Part shown: one piece after another, positions 28,524-36,456 of the stretch
Layout of the letters: every line of letters starts with the position of its first letter
Numbering within the stretch: the stretch's first letter is position 1
The notes under the pieces: model-generated
What the model was told of the DNA's origin: nothing
Database searches by the model: none
The model's input: the letters and a program-made list of their open reading frames with translations, nothing else
Source of the DNA: Candidatus Berkelbacteria bacterium
GTDB taxonomy: Bacteria; Patescibacteriota; UBA1384; 2-12-FULL-50-11
DNA length: 45,046 bases
NCBI GenBank assembly: GCA_016432625.1
Contig: CP066697.1
Span: forward strand, 345,363 to 390,408
Direction: 5' to 3'
Program-made: the position numbers and the translations under genes

Positions 28524-28962
28524 CAGTTTTTCCCTCTTCTTCCTCAGGCACAAAGCGGTCACTGTTGCGGTATAAGGTGCCCAGGACGCCGTTTATGAAT
28601 TTAGATGAGTTCTCACCGCCAAAAGTCTTGGCAAGCTCGACAGCTTCGTTGATAGCGACCTTAGGCGGGATCTCGTCGCTCTTAAGTAGCTCATAGCCAG
28701 CAATGCGTAAAATACTCTTATCAATAATCGAGATCTGATCAAGCGGCCATTCTGGAGCAGCTTCCGTAACAAGCTTGTCAATTTCTTCAACCGCGGCGGC
28801 TGTGCCCTCGACAGTTTTCTTGAGATATTCCATATCGACGTCTTTCTCCACGGGCTGAACAACACGTTGGGCAATTTCCCAGGCAGGTTTTTCTGGATGG
28901 AAATCCCACTCATACACCGACTGCATTGCAATGGTGCGTGAAAGATGTCTATTTACCGACAT
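28495..28962 (-). CDS. nusB: Transcription antitermination factor NusB
   Basis: [13 protein letters not shown]...[19 protein letters not shown]...[31 protein letters not shown]. Confidence 0.9.
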   Translation of the reverse strand: MSVNRHLSRTIAMQSVYEWDFHPEKPAWEIAQRVVQPVEKDVDMEYLKKTVEGTAAAVEEIDKLVTEAAPEWPLDQISIIDKSILRIAGYELLKSDEIPPKVAINEAVELAKTFGGENSSKFINGVLGTLYRNSDRFVPEEEEGKTDEPDPAEAA

Positions 28963-28966
28963 AAAA

Positions 28967-29185
28967 CTATTTTACTTCGTCTGTAGCGTTTAGGCGAATG
29001 CGCTTCGTCGGCGCATTACTCTTCACTAATTTTCCGCGGTAAAAGCCACAATGTGGGCAAATGATGTGCGGAAGCTTAGGTTCGTGACAATTTGAACAAA
29101 CCGCCACTTTTGGCGCGTTAATCTTATATTGCGCGCGTCGCAAGTGGGTTCGTGTTTTTGAGAGTCTTTTCTTTGGCTCGGCCAT
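28967..29185 (-). CDS. rpmF: 50S ribosomal protein bL32
   Basis: [19 protein letters not shown]...[23 protein letters not shown] zinc ribbon. Confidence 0.93.
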   Translation of the reverse strand: MAEPKKRLSKTRTHLRRAQYKINAPKVAVCSNCHEPKLPHIICPHCGFYRGKLVKSNAPTKRIRLNATDEVK

Positions 29186-29226
29186 TTAGAAACAATTTTA
29201 TCTCAAAAAACACCTAAAAACTAGAC

Positions 29227-32076
29227 TTATGCTGTGTCTGAAACGAAGTCTATAAAGAGACCCGGCTTATAGATGATGCGTGTTTTATCTAAAACTGGAA
29301 CCTTTTCTTTGAAATCTGACGTCTGAACTAGTTCCATAACTTCGTCTTGGGACTCATTACCCTCAACTTGTTGAATACCGATATGTTTATGGTTAACGCG
29401 AACTGATAGTTCTTTCATTGAGGCGGCTTCTGCTCCCGAGGTAGGCCATTTAGCGTGGAAAATGGATTGTTTCTCGCCCATAGCTTCCCAAAGCTCCTCG
29501 GTTAAGTATGGGAAAATAGGGGATAGAGTGATCAGAAATTCCTTGAATATTGTCTCGCTGACCGCTTTTGAGCCCCAGCTATTAATTAATTTCATCGCTT
29601 CGCTAATAACGGTATTTAGGCGGAAGCCGGCAATCATTTTGTTCACTTCACGCAGGTAGTGATTGAATGCCGCTGTTTCTGCTTGTTCAGCTGGTGAGTC
29701 GACAACTTTTTCCTTAAATTGGAAAGCTTTTATTAAAAAGCGGTGGATTCCGTTAATGCCATTAACATTCCACTCGGCCTCGATATCCATCGGTCCGACA
29801 AAGAGTTCGTACCCTCGCAGCGCGTCCGTGCCATAGTGTTCGATTAACGGGTCTGGTGAGACAACATTACCTTTAGACTTACTCATTTTTGCCCCGTGAA
29901 GCGTAATCATGCCGATATTAAATAGTTGCTTGAACGGTTCGGCTGTGGACGCGTCTGTGTAGCCGTTCTTAGCTAGGAAACGGGCAATAAAGCGCGCATA
30001 CAGCAGGTGAAGCGTTGCGTGCTCGATGCCGCCGATATAAAGGTCGACAGGCAGCCATTTTTTGACTAATTCAGGGTCGAACACAACAGAAGTGTCGCCA
30101 GGCGACAAATAGCGCAAAAAATACCAAGAAGAATCGACGAAGGTGTCTAGCGTATCCGTTTCAAAGTGCCAACCTTGTCCGTAAAGCTTTTCGGCCCGTT
30201 CTTGATACTCATTTGAGCGCGCCAGCGGCGATTCACCGCCAGGTAAAAAGTCGACATCGTCGGGTAGTAAAAGTGGCAAATGCTCGTCCTTAACTTCGTG
30301 TAGCTTACCGTCCGGGTCGTAAACAATCGGGATCGGCGCGCCCCAATATCGCTGACGTGAGACCAGCCAGTCTCTCAAGCGGTACGTCGTTGCCTTTTTA
30401 CCCTTATTATCGTTTTCTAGTAACGTGACTATCTTTGCCGAAGCTTCATCGCTTTCCAAAGAATCAAATATACCCGAGTTAACTAACGTTCCTGCTTCAG
30501 TGTATGGTGTGAAGCCTGCATCAAGCCAGCGTAGAATAAACTGATGCGTCTCTGGTGTTAGAAATTTAGCTAGATCTTCTTTTGTGAGCCAAACCAGGTC
30601 ATGCCGAGCCTGCTCAGCACTGTCAACTATGTCCTGTTCCTCATTTTCCAATTCGACGAGGAACACGTGTCCGCGTACCAGTTTGTTCGTTTTCTTAGGT
30701 AGGTGGTAGAACAAGCCGTCAATTACTCCTAATTTTTGCGATATTTTAGCGTTTTTATACCCAGTTTCTTCGCGAATTTCTTTAACTACCGTCTCTTCCG
30801 GCGAAAGATCGTCAATCGTGCCCGTCAGTAGGGTTTTTGCGCCCCAGGAGCCCTCTTTCCAGTCAAGGCCGAGATACTTGTCTTCTGTTGGGTGCTTGAC
30901 GAAAACAATCACGCTTTGACCGTTTGCGGTTGGCTCGTCGGGACGATATTTGGCTGGTTCTGTTGATTGAACCAGTTTTGGGGCGATAACTTGAATAATC
31001 GGCAGGTTATGTGTTCTGGCAAACTGGAAATCGCGTTCGTCATGTGCCGGTACGGACATCGCCGCGCCCGTGCCGTAGTCCATAAGCACATAATCAGCGA
31101 TCCATATCGGCAATTTATCGTTCGTCAGGGGGTGGGTAGCGTATTCTTCCGTGAAAACAGCGGTCTTGGCAGTTTCTTTTTGTTGTTGACGGTCAATATT
31201 AGTTTTCGCTCTGACTTCACTTAGATACCCTTCGATTGCTTGGCGGTTTTTGTCGTTGGTGAGCTTAGCGACTAACGGGTTTTCCGGTGCCAGGACGATC
31301 GCCGTCACACCGAAAATGGTGTCGGGTCGTGTGGTAAATACTTTAATTTCGCCTGCAGTGCTACCGAAAACGATCTCAGCGCCATCAGAACGCCCGATCC
31401 AGTTACGTTGAAGCGTCTTGACGTGTTCTGGCCAGTTGACCTCTTCCAGGCCGTCAAGTAGCTCGTCAGCCAGTGCTGTCGTCTTGAGATACCATTGCGA
31501 GAGGCTCTTTTTAGTAACAACGGTGCCGCAGCGCTCGCATTTGCCGTCTACTACCTGTTCGTTGGCAAGCACGGTCTGGTCGTTCGGACACCAGTTCACC
31601 AAGCCCTCACGTTTTTCGGCGTAGCCGTGCTTATAAAGCTGTAAGAACAGCCACTGCGTCCACTTATAGTAATCTGGAGTACTCGTGTTAATTACTTTTG
31701 ACCAATCGTAGGCGGCGCCTACTTGTTTCAATTGGTTGGTGAATGTCGGAATGGCTTTTTCGGTGAACTCGCGCGGGTGGGTCATATTTTTTATCGCCGC
31801 GTTTTCGGCCGGCAAGCCAAAAGCGTCGAAGCCCATCGGGTGAAGCACGGTTTTGCCCATCAGACGCCAATAGCGAGCGTAGAAATCGCTTAAGACATAA
31901 CCGCGCCAGTGGCCGACGTGCAGGCCTTCCCCGGAAGGGTAGGGGAACATGTCTAAGCAATAAAACTTGTCCTCGGCTTCTTTAGGGTCAACTTCGTAGA
32001 GTTTTTCTTCTTGCCAACGCTTGTTCCACTTTAGTTCAATAGCAGCGTGGTCGTAAAAGTCTTTGGCCATGTCCAA
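29227..32076 (-). CDS. leuS: Leucyl-tRNA synthetase carrying an internal Nudix-like insertion (949 aa)
   Basis: HVGH (HIGH motif), TTRPDT (editing domain), YRLRDWLVSRQRYWGAPIP and KMSKS are all present. About 160 aa (residues about 366-525) between the CP1 end and the GTLVNSG block contain LLTGTIDDLSPEETVVKEIREETGY. Confidence 0.95.
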   Translation of the reverse strand: MDMAKDFYDHAAIELKWNKRWQEEKLYEVDPKEAEDKFYCLDMFPYPSGEGLHVGHWRGYVLSDFYARYWRLMGKTVLHPMGFDAFGLPAENAAIKNMTHPREFTEKAIPTFTNQLKQVGAAYDWSKVINTSTPDYYKWTQWLFLQLYKHGYAEKREGLVNWCPNDQTVLANEQVVDGKCERCGTVVTKKSLSQWYLKTTALADELLDGLEEVNWPEHVKTLQRNWIGRSDGAEIVFGSTAGEIKVFTTRPDTIFGVTAIVLAPENPLVAKLTNDKNRQAIEGYLSEVRAKTNIDRQQQKETAKTAVFTEEYATHPLTNDKLPIWIADYVLMDYGTGAAMSVPAHDERDFQFARTHNLPIIQVIAPKLVQSTEPAKYRPDEPTANGQSVIVFVKHPTEDKYLGLDWKEGSWGAKTLLTGTIDDLSPEETVVKEIREETGYKNAKISQKLGVIDGLFYHLPKKTNKLVRGHVFLVELENEEQDIVDSAEQARHDLVWLTKEDLAKFLTPETHQFILRWLDAGFTPYTEAGTLVNSGIFDSLESDEASAKIVTLLENDNKGKKATTYRLRDWLVSRQRYWGAPIPIVYDPDGKLHEVKDEHLPLLLPDDVDFLPGGESPLARSNEYQERAEKLYGQGWHFETDTLDTFVDSSWYFLRYLSPGDTSVVFDPELVKKWLPVDLYIGGIEHATLHLLYARFIARFLAKNGYTDASTAEPFKQLFNIGMITLHGAKMSKSKGNVVSPDPLIEHYGTDALRGYELFVGPMDIEAEWNVNGINGIHRFLIKAFQFKEKVVDSPAEQAETAAFNHYLREVNKMIAGFRLNTVISEAMKLINSWGSKAVSETIFKEFLITLSPIFPYLTEELWEAMGEKQSIFHAKWPTSGAEAASMKELSVRVNHKHIGIQQVEGNESQDEVMELVQTSDFKEKVPVLDKTRIIYKPGLFIDFVSDTA

Positions 32077-32114
32077 GGCATTGTACCCCTGAATACCGAC
32101 AGGGAAAAGTCGAG

Positions 32115-33233
32115 TTAGAAAGCAGACTTGCGTTTCTGCATCGCCGCGATAACTTTTTCCCTCGCCAACACATTTGCAACCTCGCGCAAGCTCTTTTTAT
32201 CCTTATCAGCGCGAGATAATACAGCGCGTGTAGTTGTGGTGATTTTTTCCTCGACGATTTTGAACATTTCTTCTGGCTTCATGCCAACGTGCTCACAATA
32301 CGACGAGATGACGCCGCCGGAGTTTGCGACAAAGTCAGGAACGACTAAGACGCCTCTGTCGATAAGCTCTTTTTCTATCGCCTCGGTCATCGGGATATTT
32401 GAGCCCTCGACAATCATTTTGGCCTTAACTTCGTCCTTATTTTCTTTGTTAATGACGTCCGTGACGGCTGCAGTTATCAAGACGTCAACATCAAGCGTCA
32501 AGAGCGCTTCGGTCTCCATTTCTTCGGCACCTGCTGTATAACGCACCGAGCCACGATCGTTTTTGGCCGCCCAAACTTTATCGAGATCGAGGCCGTTTTT
32601 GTCGTAGGCCGTACCCCTTGAATCAGAAATAGCGACTATCTTCACCCCAGCTTCGCTTAAATGCTGAAAAGCAAAAGTGCCGACGTTTCCAAAACCTTCA
32701 ATGGCGATAGTTACATCCTTTGGATCGATCGATTTATGCTTGAGAAGTTCCAGAGTTGAATGCGCCACGCCAAAGCCAGTTGAGCCAAGTTCATGCGGCA
32801 GGCCGCAATGCCCATCCTCGCAGTAATCTTTAGGTTTGCCGGTAGCGGCCTTAAATTCGCCAATTGCTTCAGCAATCCATTTCATCTCGTCCTCACCGCT
32901 AGAAACATCGGGACCGGCGATATATTTGTTGATGAATAGTGTTTTTAGTGCTCTAGCGAAGGATTGTACGATTGCCTTTTTCTTTTTGTCGCCGCCCGCC
33001 CAAACAATGCCGCCTTTGGCGCCACCAAACGGCAGATCGACTAAGGCATTTTTCCAGGTCATTGTACGAGCAAGACGGAAAACTTCCTCGGGAGTAACAC
33101 TTGGGGTCATCCTAATGCCGCCCTTGCCCGGCCCCATTGCAGTGTTATCTATCACTAAAAATCCTACCATCCCAGTGTTGGGGTCGGAAACTTCAATCAC
33201 GTATTCAGGACCGAATTCATCTTTGGTAATCAT
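32115..33233 (-). CDS. Glu/Leu/Phe/Val-family amino-acid dehydrogenase (372 aa)
   Basis: GPGKGGIRMTP...TWKNALVDLPFGGAKGGI catalytic-lysine region and a Rossmann GFGNVG motif. Substrate not assignable by eye. Confidence 0.88.
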   Translation of the reverse strand: MITKDEFGPEYVIEVSDPNTGMVGFLVIDNTAMGPGKGGIRMTPSVTPEEVFRLARTMTWKNALVDLPFGGAKGGIVWAGGDKKKKAIVQSFARALKTLFINKYIAGPDVSSGEDEMKWIAEAIGEFKAATGKPKDYCEDGHCGLPHELGSTGFGVAHSTLELLKHKSIDPKDVTIAIEGFGNVGTFAFQHLSEAGVKIVAISDSRGTAYDKNGLDLDKVWAAKNDRGSVRYTAGAEEMETEALLTLDVDVLITAAVTDVINKENKDEVKAKMIVEGSNIPMTEAIEKELIDRGVLVVPDFVANSGGVISSYCEHVGMKPEEMFKIVEEKITTTTRAVLSRADKDKKSLREVANVLAREKVIAAMQKRKSAF

Positions 33234-33325
33234 TTTTCCTCCACGAAAATCTTCTGTTTGGTTCTTATGTTGTAGCAGGGGATTGTGGTCACGATCAAGG
33301 GTCTGGTTAGCAGTTGATTTATGCT

Positions 33326-34348
33326 TTAGCGAAAGTCGCTTTTCAGATAGGGCTTTGTTTGGTAGATAACGATATTTTTGTATTTTCCAGTCATGCTGCC
33401 AAGACTGCGGGCGGTGCTGCGAGGGTTAACTAAGCTCTCGGCGTTAACTTTGGTGAGCGAATCAGTTGTTTTTGTTGAGTCCGTGAAGTAGAGGACGTCG
33501 CCAACGTAAAAACTGCCGAATTCACACTCGACGAAGTACGGCCCGTCTTTCGAAATTACACTGTCGCTTAACCAGTCATAGTCGTTTAGCGATGTAGCTG
33601 CGCTAGGCGAGTCGGCGATATCCACAACCGGCAGTATTCGCTTAACCTCATTGTTGCCCTTTTTCAAGGCGATGTTATCAGTTGCCTGATTTAGGTCGGT
33701 ATAAAATTCGTCTGTGCCAGAAATGTAGCGATACATGCCCTCTGATTCCACCTCGAACAAACGGCAGTCGATGCTCGCTTTCGTTGCTTCTACCGGAGAG
33801 TCAATAACTAATGTTACTTCTAGTTGTTTCGGCAGTTTTGACGGAACAATCGACCGTTCAATTAACTTGTCTGAGATAACCGTTAGCGGTATGTCGCTGT
33901 AACGCTGTTCGATAGTTTTGTCCCTATTGCCACTTGCGTAGTCGTAAGGGTTAAGCCTAGAGATTGGTAGGTAAAGTATTTTTCCGACCAACGGGAAAAC
34001 GACCAGCAATAGTACGAGCATGGCGACCAAACTCTCTTTGGTTTTTGGCAGTTTTTTTCTTAAAAATATAAAAGGTACGATGCTTACGACCAACACTTCG
34101 CCCACTATTGAGAGTATGAAGAAGGCTATACCGCTAAATGTCGCTCCTCCGAAGGCAATCAGAGCGGGAAGATAGAAAAGTGAAGCAAGCGTGACGAACG
34201 ACGTTGAAGAAATACGCCAAGGCCAGCCATGCAAGATTGCGTAATTAAGCAGGAGATTAGCAAGCGCCCCGATAACAAAGTAAATAACAAACGCGATTAA
34301 CGCGTTCTTATACCAGTCTTTTGGAAAGCGCTCTGGGTTTTTGCTCAT
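33326..34348 (-). CDS. Hypothetical membrane protein (N-terminal multi-TM domain plus an about 190-aa C-terminal domain)
   Basis: Track ORF 33326..34393. I prefer the internal ATG at 34348 (MSKNPERFPKDWYK...). About 5 TM helices. Backbone-like GC. Confidence 0.55.
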   Translation of the reverse strand: MSKNPERFPKDWYKNALIAFVIYFVIGALANLLLNYAILHGWPWRISSTSFVTLASLFYLPALIAFGGATFSGIAFFILSIVGEVLVVSIVPFIFLRKKLPKTKESLVAMLVLLLVVFPLVGKILYLPISRLNPYDYASGNRDKTIEQRYSDIPLTVISDKLIERSIVPSKLPKQLEVTLVIDSPVEATKASIDCRLFEVESEGMYRYISGTDEFYTDLNQATDNIALKKGNNEVKRILPVVDIADSPSAATSLNDYDWLSDSVISKDGPYFVECEFGSFYVGDVLYFTDSTKTTDSLTKVNAESLVNPRSTARSLGSMTGKYKNIVIYQTKPYLKSDFR

Positions 34349-34427
34349 TGAACAAATTGTACAGTAAATGCCGTGATTTCGTGCTTTAGGCACGTTCGCT
34401 CTGATTCTTGGATTTAGGTAAAGAGAA

Positions 34428-34453
34428 AGCCGGTACCCTTACGGGAACCGGCT
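34428..34453 (-). terminator. Hairpin terminator for the 149-aa secreted protein gene / left island boundary
   Basis: AGCCGGTACCC-ttac-GGGAACCGGCT (10 bp, one mismatch). On the minus strand it is followed by TTCTCTT. Confidence 0.6.
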
Positions 34454-34499
34454 CAAAAGTCGATCTCTATTTAGCTGTTTGGCCTACGACGCGGCTTGG

Positions 34500-34949
34500 C
34501 TAGCCCTTAACGGTTGTCGACGCCCGACGCAAGTCACGCGTCAGCAGCCGAAGTTCGATCAAGTCGAACGTGCCCTTCTTTGCAGGAAGCTGAGTGACGA
34601 GCAATGCCCGATCAGCCCAAGTAGCTTTCAGTGCCACGGCAAACGTAGCACCCTCGAACGGAACGAGCGTGTAACCAACTTCCTTCTTGCCCTTCTTGGC
34701 CAGCACCAGCATGACGCCATCGGAGGCAAACTTGGGTGGCATCGCGATTTCTAGAAAGCTGATCGGCTTCAGAGCGTCGGACTTGTCGGTGACGATCTTC
34801 CCGGATAGCTTCAGTCCCGTAGCCTTAGCTTTGGGGTACTGCTTGTCGAACTCCTTCCGGGCCTTCGTCACAGTCTGGTCAGGGGCCTGAGCGTGGACGA
34901 TTGGCGCCACGATCAAAGCCAGTAAAAGAACAATTAGAATGAGTCGCAT
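34500..34949 (-). CDS. Secreted hypothetical protein (149 aa)
   Basis: Signal peptide MRLILIVLLLALIVAPIVHAQA. GGAGG lies about 7 nt upstream (gaggaaggaggtcgtgtaATG). GC-rich. No motif recognised. Confidence 0.6.
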   Translation of the reverse strand: MRLILIVLLLALIVAPIVHAQAPDQTVTKARKEFDKQYPKAKATGLKLSGKIVTDKSDALKPISFLEIAMPPKFASDGVMLVLAKKGKKEVGYTLVPFEGATFAVALKATWADRALLVTQLPAKKGTFDLIELRLLTRDLRRASTTVKG

Positions 34950-35156
34950 TACACGACCTCCTTCCTCGCGAATACGAGGGTAGCGATAATTATAAAGATA
35001 ATATTGGCGGAATCAAGGATTTCACACCTGATTTAAGTGAGCTCAATATCCTCTTCCGGTAAATGCGCCTGTGACCCCCTGGATTCTATTACCTGTTACC
35101 TCTATAATATGCCGAGATTGTGTACCTGCTCGCAGGTTGCTCAATAGGGAGGACCT

Positions 35157-35567
35157 TTGAAGATTAACTTTGTTCAGTACGAGCCGATCGCGCCGTCAAC
35201 TCCGAACGGGCTCGTCGCCTATATCGTGAGCGATAAGCTCGTGGTGTTCAGCGGCCTGATACCGACCTCATCGTCCACCATCAACTCCGCAGAAGCGATT
35301 TTGGTAGCAATCTGCGAACGCGAGAAACTGGACTGGCGTGAATGCACGTTCATCGACATTCAGACTCGTCGGTGCTACGAGAGGTTTAAGAAGTTTGAGC
35401 ACGAGCTCTCGCGGCTAACTCTCTACCAGAACACCGAGAAAGCGTTTGTGATGAACTGGATGCCTGCCGAGGAATCTGAGTTGCCCGCAGGCTGCATCGA
35501 ACTCTTTGACGAACTGCCGTGGTACGAAGATACGCCGAGCACAAAGCTCGACGACCTCAAATCGTGA
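35157..35567 (+). CDS. Hypothetical cytoplasmic protein (136 aa)
   Basis: TTG start with GGGAGG 4 nt upstream. Followed by the terminator hairpin at 35582. No motif recognised. Confidence 0.5.
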   Translation: MKINFVQYEPIAPSTPNGLVAYIVSDKLVVFSGLIPTSSSTINSAEAILVAICEREKLDWRECTFIDIQTRRCYERFKKFEHELSRLTLYQNTEKAFVMNWMPAEESELPAGCIELFDELPWYEDTPSTKLDDLKS

Positions 35568-35581
35568 CCACGATTCCGATT

Positions 35582-35603
35582 GACCCCAGCTACCACTGGG
35601 GTC
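35582..35603 (+). terminator. Rho-independent terminator
   Basis: GACCCCAG-ctacca-CTGGGGTC (8-bp perfect stem) followed by TTCGTTTAT. Confidence 0.7.
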
Positions 35604-35821
35604 TTCGTTTATACTGGCTGTCCTTGCGTGTGAAAGTGGACTGCAGAAACGAATATACGAACCCAACAACAGATAACGATACGGCTACGAACTGGCTAGT
35701 ATTCCTGAGAAGGATGTATGAACAGTTCGGCCCGAATGCTGTTGCGAGCAGCAGAAGATGAGAACATAGCTCACTCACCACAAGTGGAACGCCTTGGCGA
35801 TACTGCCCTGCTTTGTGCGTA

Positions 35822-35850
35822 TTGACAAACGCAGACGCGCGGCATAGCGT
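35822..35850 (+). promoter_or_regulatory. Candidate promoter giving a (near-)leaderless transcript
   Basis: TTGACA (35822-35827), a 17-nt spacer, then TAGCGT (35845-35850). The ATG of the next gene is at 35860, only 9 nt after the -10, and there is no SD. Confidence 0.45.
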
Positions 35851-35859
35851 CGAAGCAGA

Positions 35860-36456
35860 ATGCCTCAAGATAACTTTAGGGGTAGACCGGGCTTCTGGAT
35901 CGCCATCGTCGCCTTAGCTTTGCTCGGTGCCGGCTATTTTGCATACAGCTTCTATTCAAAAAACAAAAGCTCCGACGACAGTAAGCCATCAACCACCGAG
36001 ACTCCCCCTGCTTCTGTCAATTCTCCTACTCCAGAAGATCCTTGTTCCGAATGGAAACAATATACAAACTCAGAATTTCGGTTCAGTCTTTGCTATCCAC
36101 CGGCATGGCAGCTAACAGAGGACGAAGCGTCAGCCTTCACAAAGGAGAACACGAGGCTACTGTTTCAGGTAACAATACAGCAAGCCGATGGCCAACGAGT
36201 TAGTTCGATTGGAGTGTTCAGCAATGTTGAGGGTCTAGAGCTAGGGAAGTGGATTGACAAATATAACCCCAATCCAAACACTTACGCTGAAGTCACAGTG
36301 GACGGTGAGCCCGCCCGAAAATTCGAGAAGACGGCCATGGGCTCCAAAGCTACAAATATCTATACGATCTTCATCCAACGAATATACGCGCTCAGTTCCA
36401 CTCCCGGAAACACAGAATTCGAACGGATCTTGTCTTCATTTAGGTTTCTCAGGTGA
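35860..36456 (+). CDS. Membrane-anchored protein whose extracytoplasmic domain is paralogous to the N-terminus of the next gene
   Basis: TM anchor FWIAIVALALLGAGYFAYSFY and an S/T/P linker. The domain WKQYTNSEFRFSLCYPPAWQ...TKENTRLLFQV...WIDKYNPNPN...FERILSSFRFL aligns by eye with residues about 36-170 of the 36453 gene. Confidence 0.65.
   Translation: MPQDNFRGRPGFWIAIVALALLGAGYFAYSFYSKNKSSDDSKPSTTETPPASVNSPTPEDPCSEWKQYTNSEFRFSLCYPPAWQLTEDEASAFTKENTRLLFQVTIQQADGQRVSSIGVFSNVEGLELGKWIDKYNPNPNTYAEVTVDGEPARKFEKTAMGSKATNIYTIFIQRIYALSSTPGNTEFERILSSFRFLR

Noticed and set aside
32128-33369. Two long + strand ORFs (137 and 177 aa) antisense to the dehydrogenase gene
   Set aside because: The S/T/A/P-rich low-complexity translations mirror the codon bias of the strongly supported minus-strand gene.
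34400-35200. Search for a direct repeat of the tRNA-Ala 3' end marking the distal island boundary
   Set aside because: I could find no copy of TGGACCGTATCGGACTTGAACC, or a recognisable part of it, by eye. The search needs a computational check, so no att site is claimed.
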